From Ostrea edulis (taxonomy: Eukaryota): 64,000 bases of DNA. The notes beneath the pieces were generated by a model. The model did no database searches. It saw nothing but the letters and a program-made list of their open reading frames with translations, and was not told where the DNA came from. Position 1 is the first letter of the stretch. The number at the start of each line of letters is the position of its first letter. The stretch is taken from assembly GCF_947568905.1 (NCBI RefSeq), contig NC_079165.1, positions 79,236,001 to 79,300,000 on the forward strand, given 5' to 3'. The position numbers and the translations under genes were made by a program. Below, one piece after another: positions 25,601 through 35,553 of the stretch.

Positions 25601-26019
25601 ATTTGAAAAGGTCTCTGCATCAATGTCAAATAATATGATTCACGGTTAAAGGATTGCATACTTTAGAAATAATTATTTTCAAAGGTCCATGATATCTATA
25701 TAGGATCTGATGAAATTTTCCATTAAAAAATAAATTTAGCCTCAAACCCTGTAAATGTCCCCATATATATATATGTCAAACAACTTTATATATAATCAAA
25801 GGGTTACACAAGTTGTTTGCAAATACCAATGACATCTACATCGGATCTGAAGAGTTTTTCCAGTTTTCGGCTATCATTTTTACAATTTTCATTTTTTTTT
25901 TTTTTTTGCCCTAAAACTCGTAAACGCCCATGGTCTGTAATATTTCAAATATCAGAAAATAGACTCATCTTACAGTGTGCCAGGGGAAGAAGAATGAACA
26001 TCCGCCAGAGGAAATTCAT
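15661..26019 (-). CDS. Paralogue A: secreted IgGFc-binding-domain protein with C-terminal DNDCDG motifs, 5 exons (26019-25974; 20185-18894; 18716-18629; 16239-16189; 15680-15661), 498 aa
   Basis: Exon 1 MNFLWRMFILLPLAH(C) is a signal peptide with a GTAAGA donor. All junctions are GT-AG and phase-compatible (46+1292+88+51+20=1497 nt). LDSRGTHF, LALPTDVLG.EY, DHL.EML.P...WG..F and SYGFPIG are FCGBP N-terminal-type motifs. AATAAA at 15533-15538. Confidence 0.85.
15845..16080 (-). mobile_element. Penelope-like 3' UTR fragment in intron 4 of paralogue A
   Basis: Shared family 3' end; absent from the equivalent intron of paralogue B. Confidence 0.7.
16965..17520 (+). mobile_element. Penelope-like (probably Naiad-type) RT C-terminus plus 3' UTR
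   Basis: 16965-17300 reads INGKLTTQLYDKRNDFSFSIVNFPYLCSNIPLSPAYGVYISQLIRYARSCS...SDVFHNDR*, followed by the conserved UTR. No C-terminal GIY-YIG. Confidence 0.75.
18200..18475. mobile_element. Non-autonomous element with palindromic end, shared with paralogue B intron 3 (36060-36860)
   Basis: ATTTTTCATGTCTACTCGGGAAACA...TGTTTCCCGAGTAGGCACGAAATA inverted arms and CCCGGTCACGTGA repeats occur in both paralogues. Confidence 0.55.
22594..22672. repeat. (TA)n/(TATG)n microsatellite
   Basis: Direct reading. Confidence 0.95.
22676..23040. mobile_element. Palindromic MITE nested in the Merlin element
   Basis: Arm pair AGGTTATAGACTTTGTATGGGAAA / TTTCCCATACAAAGTGTATAACCT, and a second pair TTATTATATACTTTCAATTTCAT / ATGAAATTGAAAGTATATAATAA. 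Confidence 0.65.
23890..24440 (+). mobile_element. Possible Crypton-type element remnant
   Basis: Two short N-terminus-like starts, MANAHFATATEDEIHLIL (~23915) and MARFTDLTGDEIQNLVDEK (~24122), followed by a palindromic end at 24345-24430. Family assignment is from recall only. Confidence 0.35.
24446..24697 (-). mobile_element. SINE copy
   Basis: Reverse complement of the 550-797 family. Confidence 0.7.
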
Positions 26020-26093
26020 GACTGGAATAGATCTATCGGGTTTATACGCAATTAGATAAGATAAGATGTGTGACACTACCAGGACAATTGGAA

Positions 26094-26127
26094 TGCACAC
26101 TTGTTGAAAGAATTTGAGGTTTATATA
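26094..26127 (-). promoter_or_regulatory. Candidate promoter of paralogue A: TATATAAA (26127-26120) and MRE-like TGCACAC (26094-26100)
   Basis: Located 75-108 nt upstream of the ATG at 26019; short motifs only. Confidence 0.3.
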
Positions 26128-26444
26128 CTACAAAATGTTTATGATTAATTTCCTACATCTTATTCCTGCTAGAAATCCGTAGTAGCAAGATATAAGAAAG
26201 GTGAATCTGATAACCTGTCTTTTAATTTGCAATTGCATAATAATGAAATAATGATTTTAGCGTATTTTCCTTTCATAAAGACATTAGCTCATTAATAGAT
26301 TAGAGCATTTTGAAACTTGATGTAATCATTTTGTAAGAATGATATATGCTTAGTCACTAGTAGCAGACATAAATTTTCATAGCAAGGCTAACACGAAAAT
26401 TTCTAGAATATAAATACCGTAAACAGTGTTTCTCTATCTTGCTT

Positions 26445-26600
26445 TTAACGTGAAAGGTGACTATAACGAACAGTGATCAATCTCATAATTCCCATAAGCA
26501 ATACAAAATAAATAGTTGGGCAAACACGAACCCCTGGACACACCAGAGGTGGGATCAGGTGCCTAGGAGGAGTAAGCGTCCCCGGTCGACCGGCCATACC
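26445..26600 (-). mobile_element. Penelope-like 3' UTR fragment
   Basis: Shared family terminus GAAAGGTGACTATAACGAACAGTGATC. Confidence 0.7.
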
Positions 26601-27229
26601 CTCCTCAAGCGCCACATCCTCACCAGGCAAACGTAGGTTTTTATGGAATAACAAATCATCTTAGTTCCACCCAACAGCAAACCGTATTGGACAAAGTAGT
26701 CCAGGAAAGGAGAATGTTATTAGATTAAGAAAGGAAGATCCCTGGTATACAACATTAATCCTATTTCAATTATAAATGTGTTGAAAGACATTTTCGGAAA
26801 TAACAGTCATTTGCTTTTGATTATTCTGTTAAAATTCGTACAATCCACAATTTGTACCTGCTTTATTGGGTGTCACTTACAGAATTTGGGATTTTATATG
26901 TGAATTGATTAGTTTGATGTTCATTTATATGTGAAACCATCTCCGTTGAATAATGATGTATTATACTTAACATCACTAAGAGACAGTGGAACGAACAGCA
27001 CTATTAGTCAACATGATCATCACAATAAGGCGTGTCTTATTGAGATGTTAGATTTGTCTGTGAAGCAATTGCCCGTATATTCATAAGTTAAATTCTTGCG
27101 AGGCAGAATTTATTCCAAAGCTGCTACTTTACATGAATTTCCTCACTCCACCTAAGTGTAAAAGGGGTACCTGACTATAGACAGTGAAAGATATTGTTAG
27201 AATGTTAGTACTCTAGTGCTTGTAATGGC

Positions 27230-27395
27230 AGCTTGCACTGTATGCTTCCTAGGAGGCTGAGAAAGTTTTAGATTGATATAAGGTCTGCCGTGGTAATGAT
27301 GTACATTGATTATTGTAAAGCGCTTTGAGCAGCATACGCTGGATAGGGCGCTATATAAAACCAATCATTATTAAACCAATCACTATTATTATTAT
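27230..27395 (+). mobile_element. L2/CR1-type LINE 3' tail
   Basis: TGTAAAGCGCTTTGAG...GGCGCTATATAAA...(ATT)n is a typical L2-like terminus. Confidence 0.5.
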
Positions 27396-27429
27396 TACAT
27401 AAGGATAAATAAAAATCGCATACCGTGGC

Positions 27430-27900
27430 CTTCACCTCGACAATTAGATATATCGAGGATGTTTTATTTATTAACAATTATCATTTATATGTCGATTTCA
27501 TAGATCGTAGTGTATTCAAATTAAAATACACCAGAATCGTCCGTATCTGCTTCCTTCTTATGTCTATTATTGAACATAGATGTTAATGGCAAACTAAGAT
27601 GTGAACTTTATAACAATCGGAATAATTACAGCTTCTTTATTTTCTCTCAACTGATTCGATACGCAAGAGCTTGTTCTGCTTATGATCAGTTTAAATCGAG
27701 ACAGGCTACTGACAAACAAGTAGATGTTTCAAGGGTTTCAGCAGTCTCGTCTAACGTTAGTATTTTGCAAATTTTATGGTCGTTATAATGATGATAATCT
27801 AATTTACCTAATTTAATTGACAGTAAAGTGCTGTCTGAGATGATTCATATCAATTGAGATTCTTTGCACATTGTTTTTTACTATGGATTACTCCGTGTTT
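27430..27900 (+). mobile_element. Degenerate Penelope-like RT 3' fragment
   Basis: DVNGKLRCELYN...SQLIRYARACSAYDQF, with deletions. Confidence 0.6.
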
Positions 27901-29279
27901 TAACGAACCATTAAATAAAATCTTAGTGCAATGAGCTACCTTAAAAATTAATTAGACTTATGCTTATTTTGTATTGAATGCAAAGCGATGTTAACGTTCC
28001 TGTGGCTAGTCGTATCAGTTTCACGGATAAAGCGTGGGGTGTTGAAGCGGACATGAAGTGTTATGTAACAGATATACATATACTCATTACCGTTTTTTCA
28101 CAATGAGTAACATGTACTCTAAATTACTAAAATTTGCTCTGGTATTCAGCATTTCTTTTTTAGGAAACATGTCGTCTTAGCAACAGCGTAAAATGGGGTT
28201 CGATTTCTTGAAATGAACACCCCCCTATATGCATTCGAACTCAGCTTTCACAAGAATTCTCCTGAATCAAGGTTCAGCACTAACATAATATCTTAAAATC
28301 CGGAACATTCCTAATTCCATTCCGTTGTTTTCCTTAATGGACGATTCACAAATTCCAAGGCATTTTTTTACACAACAATTGTGCATGGCACTTACATTCT
28401 ACAACTACTAGGGGCATATTTTTCGTATTTGTGCAGTTACAACTGCCGCTGCAGCTGGCTACTCGGAACTCCAAATTCACAATATGGGTCGTTGGCACTC
28501 CAACGCTTTTCACAAAAGTATATCCGAATTCCGGACTTAAACTGTGATTTGTGGTTTGCCTTGTTATGATTCTTCATCAATTAGAGTCTGTGGCTCTAAT
28601 TATTGTTATCAGTCGTGTTTTGTCTGAGATAATGCAGGAAGACAGGGGCTTCCAACTTTAACATTAGTGTCTGTCATATGTTTCCCTGAGTGCGTCACTT
28701 TATGTACATTCTTCATCATGTGCTATGCTACAACAATGTCGTCGGACCGGGGCTTATGAATCCTACATGTTCATCTCTGCGATATCACGTTGTTTTGCAT
28801 ATAGCACACCGATAACTTTGCTACTCGTTTACTATGCATACTGTATCAATGTTTTAGTACAAGACCTGTAAATATACATTATTGGTATATTAGATTGTTT
28901 TTGGGTTTGTTTGATGGGGCGGTAGCAAGCCATCCAGTGCGAATTTGTACCATTTGTCTGTCTGCCATGTTACGATAGAGAATCACCCCCATATGGATGT
29001 ACTTTTGTTTTGGGAAGTATGTGGTAGTCTAATTTGTAGTAGTATGTAGTAGTCTATTTTGTAGTATGCTTAAGGCAATGACATCATGATTGTAGCTGGT
29101 TTCCTGTACGTTTTACATGTGTATTATTGTCAATGCTACATGTAATTGAAATCCGTTACTTTATGACTTTTGTACTCTTGACCTTCCATAAGTTACAGGT
29201 GTAACTGTCTCAAATTCCATCTAGTCAAAAGTCTTGTCACTTTGTACTTACAAGTTTTACCCTTGATGTGATTTACCAT

Positions 29280-29595
29280 AAAAGGTGAAGATAACGAACA
29301 GTGATCAATTTTATAAATCGCATAAGCAATACAAAATAGAGAGTTGGGCAAACACGGACCCCTGGACACACCAGAGATGGGATCAGGTGACTAGGAGTAA
29401 GCATCTCCTGTCGACCGGTCACACCCGTCGTGAAACCTATATCAGGTTAATGGAGTTATCCGTAGTCAAAATTGTGTGCCAAGAACGGCCTAACAATCGA
29501 TATCAAACACGTCAGACAGAATTTGACCCAATCATAGGTTGTATTGGTAAACTAGATCGTTATAACGACCATAGAATTTGCGAAATACTGACTTT
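29280..29595 (-). mobile_element. Penelope-like 3' fragment
   Basis: Shared family UTR and last RT codons. Confidence 0.7.
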
Positions 29596-30599
29596 TGGAA
29601 CCCAATAGCCAATATTGTCGCCTTCACTATTTTGATGATTCTGTGTGTATATACGTTTACATTTTGTTATTTATTGAATTAATAAATGACAATTTTGTTC
29701 ATATTCATCATGTGTTCACTTGTGGTTAGCTAGGAGGCACAAACGCCTGAAAAACATAAAACGGTTTGTTTTTTTCAAAAGAAAGATCAAATTAGAAATA
29801 TTGTCGGCGTCTTTATCTTAGCAATGATGGTATTTTACATCTTTTCGTGTTAGCCTTGTTATGCAAATTCATGTTTACTACCAATGACTATGCATTATTC
29901 TTACAAAATGATTACATCAGGTTTCAAAATGCTTTCATTTGATAGTGCGGCAATTAAAAAACAAGGGAGATATCCGTATTCTTTACATCTTCTTACTACG
30001 GATTTATGTTTAAAAGAATCATTTTATACTACGTGAACTACGAATCCCTGCAAAGTCAGTGCACTCCTACATAGTGGTGACCCTTCTAATAGTGTCATCT
30101 TATCTTGCAACAATATAATTGTGAATACATGCGATATATTTATTCCAGTCATGAATTCGCCGTGAAGGGTGCTCATCCTACTTCCCCTGGCACACTGTAA
30201 GATGTGTTTTTCTGATATTTGAAATATTACGTAAATTCTGAAGCACAGGCACTATTACAGTGGTAGAGTGTCAATAGAAAATTGTACAGTTACATCTTTT
30301 GAACCTCAATCCAACGTTATTGTCTTTTTCTACAATGATTTTATACACATTTTTCATTATGCATCATCATATATCCACTGATTGTATTGGACCGAATTTT
30401 ACAGAAAAGTTTTAAAATCTTTGGGCATCCCTAGAAAAGTTATGGTTATCCTGTGCACCGTAGGATACTAGTAGTACGACGCATCCTTAGTTAACGTAGA
30501 GTTCAAAGTATGATAAATCAAATCTCAAAAACGTTATTAGTAATATTTTATATTGAACAAACGTCTCTCATCTAGGTACTGATGCATTGTAGATATTGT

Positions 30600-31290
30600 G
30601 TGAAAGGTGAAGATCAATCTCAAAAATCCTATCTGGAATACAAAGCAAAGTTTTGGGCAAACACGAACGCGGGATATACAAGAGATAGGATCAGGTGTCT
30701 AGAAAGAGTAAGTATCCCCTGCCTGTCCACCAGTCACGTGCACCATGAGCCTTGATCAGGTAAATTGAATAATCCATAGTCAAAATCAATGTACCAAGAA
30801 CAGCTTAACAATCTGTATGAAAAAAAGTCACACAGCATTTAACTCAAAAATATATTTTATCGGCAAACTAGATCATTATAATGACCATAGAATTTGAGAC
30901 ATGCTGACTTCAAACTAGACTGTTGAAACCCATGTAACATCAACTTGTTTGTCAGTAGCCTGTCGTGATTTAAAAACATATACGCAGAACAAGCTCTTGC
31001 TTATCGAATCAGAAATAAACACCATATGCAGATGATAATGGAATATTGTGACAAAGATATAGATTTGGGAAGATGACGATGGATAAGCTAAAAATTATTG
31101 TTAATAGAGTTGCCTGATCGAGATGTGGGGCTCACGGTGGATGTGACCGGTCGACAAGGGGTGCTTACTCCTCCTTGGCACCTGGTCCCACTTCTGGTGT
31201 ATTCAGGAGTCCGTGTTTGCACAGCTATTTATTTGTATTGTTTATAAGAGTTATGAGATTGATCACTGTTCGTTATCTTCACCTTTCATA
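30600..31290. mobile_element. Back-to-back inverted pair of Penelope-like 3' fragments in intron 1 of C
   Basis: Minus fragment 30600-~31075 and plus fragment ~31095-31290; outer ends TGAAAGGTGAAGAT...ATCTTCACCTTTCA. Confidence 0.65.
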
Positions 31291-33126
31291 AAACGTCGTC
31301 GATATATCTAAATTTGAAGTTGAAGACCACAGCAATTTTTTCTTCTCATAGAAGCTTTGAAATAAACTCTTATAAGAATATAACTACAGGTCACCTAACA
31401 AAGGAGCACAATTCGTGCCCATCAGAATTCCGGAAGACTGTTGGAAGACCTGAAGACTACGAAAATATTGTTATTAAGGAATACCAACATATTTTTTATT
31501 TCAACTTCAGAGTACGTGTGCCTGGAATTAGAGTGGTGTTTAACGAAGTAATTCTGTGTGTTGTTAAAACAACAAAGCGTCATTCTAAACTCGTAGTGTA
31601 ATCTACCATATATAAATATTACCTTACTTCAATCGGTGGAAAAACGACTGAAGTGATATCAAGCAACGTTCACTTGACATTGAATAGAAATCAGATAATA
31701 TCGTACGATAAAACAACCATCAATATATATCCTGTCGGATTTTATTCAGGTACCCTAGATAGCAGAGGGACACACTTCCTCATTGCCTTCCTAGATAACA
31801 AGGCTACTGTGATTCAAGATATTGGTCCTGAGATATTCATCACCACGGCCAGCAACACAACGGTTCATGTCCACGTGACTTCACCCGCTACTTTAAAACC
31901 CTACGTCAACCAAAGGTTTGTAGTTATCCGTGGAGTGGTACATCAACTAACGGTCAGCCCTGACTTCCGGTTAGATCACACTAAGATGTCTCACAAGGCT
32001 ATAGAGACAACAGCAAATGAGGACATAGTTGTGTACGGGTTAACAGAGAAGTTAATTCGAATGGTGGATACCTTGCTCTGCCTACTGACGTCCTAGGGTC
32101 AGAATATTACACCATATCTTATGCTCATCATATTACTATTGTCTTTACTGTTATAGCTACCAAAACAACACTCATGTCGTCATTAAATTTCCAAATCACA
32201 AGAATGTCAGTGTTACTTACAGAACTTATCGCAGAAACCAGTGGATTAAAGTCACCATGAATAGATATGACACCTTTCAGATTAGTTCTGTTGGTGATCT
32301 CACCGGAAGTTACGTCATTTCTGATAATTCCATAAATGTCATCAGCGGAAACAAAAAAGCAATCGCTGGGATTTCGCGTGATCACTTGAATGAGATGTTA
32401 CTACCCGTTAGAGCGTGGGGCAAAAACTTTGTCACTGTACCAATTCCTTAGAGATCCGAGGGAGATCTTTTCCGTTTCGTTGTTAGTCAAGATAACACTG
32501 AAGTCAATATCACTGGTAAAATTGACGGCACCATTTTCTCTGATCACTTTATAATCCGTCATACTGGAAGTCACGCACAGAAGATGTACAGTTCGTTTAT
32601 GTATTTTCAGGTGGTTGCCAGTAAACCAATCGCCTTGTACGAGTTTTCAGTGACCCAGAGCAAACACGAAAACTCCGACCCTTCCCTGATAACCCATTTA
32701 GCAATACGCGACAGACTATACCTTAACTACTTCCAAATATTCCTTAGGACAGTATCAAAACTACATGTTTGTTATGAACCCTAGCATCACCATAGATGGA
32801 ATCCTATTCGGCAAAGCTAATCGGGAATCTTATGGATTTCCCATCGGATTATTAGTGGCACCTATTAATTCTATGAGGTTTTCCAAGTTACTTTTTCACA
32901 CTTGGTCATATCAATCAGGTGACAAATATATATCACTCCAACTCTCATCACCTTTAGAAGTGAAGTATCCACTGCTTTGGATAAAATCCACGATCATTAT
33001 AACCATTCTGCATTTCTGTCACTTTAATCATGATTATCCTCTCTGATCTTTATATTGAAGGGATGGCAAACCCAACCTATGACGAGATGGGATAGAATTG
33101 ATATGATTGTGATGGAGAAGTAGATG

Positions 33127-33464
33127 TAAAACTTATACGGTAGCAATTTTGATGCACCAGACAAATAATGTCTCTTCAGTGATGCTCAACCAAAATGTTT
33201 GAAATCCGAAATAACAATGAAGTTTTAGAGCTAAATATAGCCAAAAACAGCGTGCCAAAAAAGTGGAGTCAAATTCGTCTAAGGATAAGAGCTATGCATG
33301 ATGGAGATAATCCTTAATTTTAAAATAATTTTCTCAATTTTATAACAGCAATTAAATATACATCCGTATTTTCAAGCTAGTAACGAAGTACTTAGCTACT
33401 GGGCTGTAGAGACCCTCGGGGACTAACAGCCCACCAACAGAGGCCTCGATCCAGGGGTCATAAT
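33127..33464 (-). mobile_element. 338-bp retrozyme-like monomer with a defective type I hammerhead core
   Basis: Interrupts GTAGATG^AAGAG of exon 3 with GATG duplicated (33123-33126 and 33465-33468). Minus strand has CTGAAGA-GAC-ATTATTT-GTC and then lacks GAAA. Confidence 0.6.
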
Positions 33465-33547
33465 GATGAAGAGGACTGTGACGGAAAGGGTAATATACTG
33501 TGACCTAAGTAGAGCCACCAAGATTGTGTCCTCTGTCGGAATCTTCT

Positions 33548-33862
33548 TTCTTTTTTTTTTTTTGATCACGCAAAAGCAAAGGCGAGTGTGTTCAAACCGC
33601 TGCACGTTACAAAATCGTGACAGGGTAGTGGCTGATGTTTGGTGGGAGGCCTGATTCTGATAGAATATCGCTGGGACTTTGTGTCCATGTACGGACGGGG
33701 TTTCGTCCTGGGACGACGGCGGTTGTCGTCGTGAACGGCGGATGCCTTTGCCGAATAGGTGCCAAACAATCAGAGAAGATCCATGCTAAGCTTCGGAACG
33801 AAGCTTAACTGAGCGTAGGAAGTGTAGCGAACAGTATGTAGGGAATTTCTACTGCTTCGCTA
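33548..33862 (-). other. GC-rich multi-hairpin segment with a terminal poly(A) on the minus strand; unidentified
   Basis: Hairpins GGACG/CGTCC, GACGAC/GTCGTC and AAGCTTCG/CGAAGCTT; T-run at 33548-33563; lies where homology of paralogue C ends. Confidence 0.35.
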
Positions 33863-33879
33863 GCGAGCTACATGTACAC

Positions 33880-34086
33880 TGATTTTGACTATGGACAACT
33901 CCCGTTTACCTGATCATGATATAGGGCTCACGGCGGGTGTGACCGGTCGACAGGGGATGCTTACTCCTCCTAGGCACCTGGTCCCACCTCTGGTGTGTCC
34001 AAGGGTTCTTGTTTGCCCAACTATCTATTTTGTATTGCTTGTAGGAGTTATGAGATTGATCACTGTTCATTATCTTCACCTTTCCT
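33880..34086 (+). mobile_element. Penelope-like 3' UTR fragment
   Basis: Shared family UTR ending TTATCTTCACCTTT. Confidence 0.7.
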
Positions 34087-35090
34087 AAAAACCGTTTTAT
34101 ATTTTTAAACCTCGTATCACACAGCAAGAACGCTTAATTTGTGTATAGGAAAGACGTACGTGCCCAGAAGGGAAATAACAAGATAGGAGAAGAGCCATTC
34201 CTGGCCCACTCTTCAAAAATACTAATATTACATATAGTTATAGGGTATACCTAATCCTAACAGGAAATTTTTAAAAAAAAATTCTTGTTATCCCCGTAAT
34301 TTGTTTGTCTAGCAACACATCAAACATTGCAACCATAATTTGAATTTGAGGTCTATTTCAACAACATTTATTCATTAAAATAATAAAAAGGTTCCATATT
34401 TTTAGCTACCACACAATAAAAATTAATTCGCTGAAAACTTCAAAAACGTTAACCTTTCTTATAACTTCCGAAGAAAAAAGGTTTGAGACTTTATTTTGAT
34501 TTTTGCACATTATTTACCCAGAGTAAAATCAAAGAGTATTACAATTATGGAAACGATTCATTTTTTATCTATACAAGTTTCTCTTTCTGACACCAGCTAA
34601 GACAATGATCTTGATTTTCTAAATAATGACAACTGTGGAAACTTATTTTATAAAATGTGATAAAGCAAATCTAGGACTGCGCGTATTCTTGCTCTAATAG
34701 TCATAAAATATCATTACAGACTTGTTATTTGTTTTCCTTTTTAAATAGGGATAAAACATCTTGTATTATTGATGTAAGGTATAGTATAACCTTTTCATTT
34801 TGTTATTTAAACTTTAAAGCTTTTAGAAATGAACACTTCATATCATAGGGCTGTGTGATTTTACCCCTATGTATTTGCCTAACAAGAATATTCCTACCAA
34901 AACCAGTTGTTGTTTTTTTTGTTTTTTTTTTGCATCAAAAAATGACACAGGGTCATTATTCTCCACCATCCACAGGGAGAAAAATGACCCCAAGGCCATA
35001 ATTTCTACAAAAACGTGGGACATTTTTCTACGTAGAATATTGAACAGGGGGTCAAATTTCTAAGTAGAAAAATGACCCCGGTCAATACAC

Positions 35091-35253
35091 CGGCGCATAC
35101 GGCCTTTGCTCAGGGAGAACTCTTGATCGTGCCACACCTGCTGTGACACGGGACCTCGGGTTTTACGATCTCATCCGAAGGACCGATCCATTTAGTCGCC
35201 TCTTGTGACAAGCAAGGGGTACTGAGGACCTACTATAACCGGATCCCCACGGG
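35091..35253 (-). mobile_element. SINE copy (partial)
   Basis: ATCGTGCCACACCTGCTGTGACACGGG...CCGGATCCCCACGGG family motifs. Confidence 0.65.
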
Positions 35254-35553
35254 CCCCTGTTTGGACAAGCATCATACATCCCATTGTCGGAAATTGCGAA
35301 GGAATCATTTCTCGATGATTTGGAAAATATTTTTTCCCAGAAAAGCTTCATTAAGGGTTTTCCTTTGAAAATTTCCACTAAAAGGTACTTATTTCCCAAG
35401 AAAGTATATGTACATATAGATCAATCCGATAATGATTTATTTTCATATTCTCAAATATAATACGGGTCATACGTTCATGACATTTCTAAACAAAATATTA
35501 CAATTATTGTCAATTTTAACTGTATTATATAGCAGCTGTATAAAATTTCCTCT

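Larger units (their letters stand above)
30151..33489 (+). pseudogene. Paralogue C: inverted, disabled IgGFc-binding-domain gene (exons 30151-30196; 31750-32872; 33061-33489)
   Basis: Exon 1 reads ATG AAT TCG CCG TGA (stop at codon 5). Exon 2 has frameshifts (~32040), an in-frame TAG (~32449), deletions and a GT>AT donor change at 32873. Exon 3 is split by an insertion. Exons 4-5 were not found. Confidence 0.85.

Noticed and set aside
24720-28760. Scraps resembling a large transposase-like protein (DLVAEEAMFYPTC at ~24725; CSGSCNC at ~28450)
   Set aside because: Too short and fragmented to assign without a homology search.
33770-33790. U6 snRNA similarity (CAGAGAAGAT next to the reverse complement of TAGCATGG)
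   Set aside because: Too short, with one half inverted and no other U6 sequence; likely coincidence.
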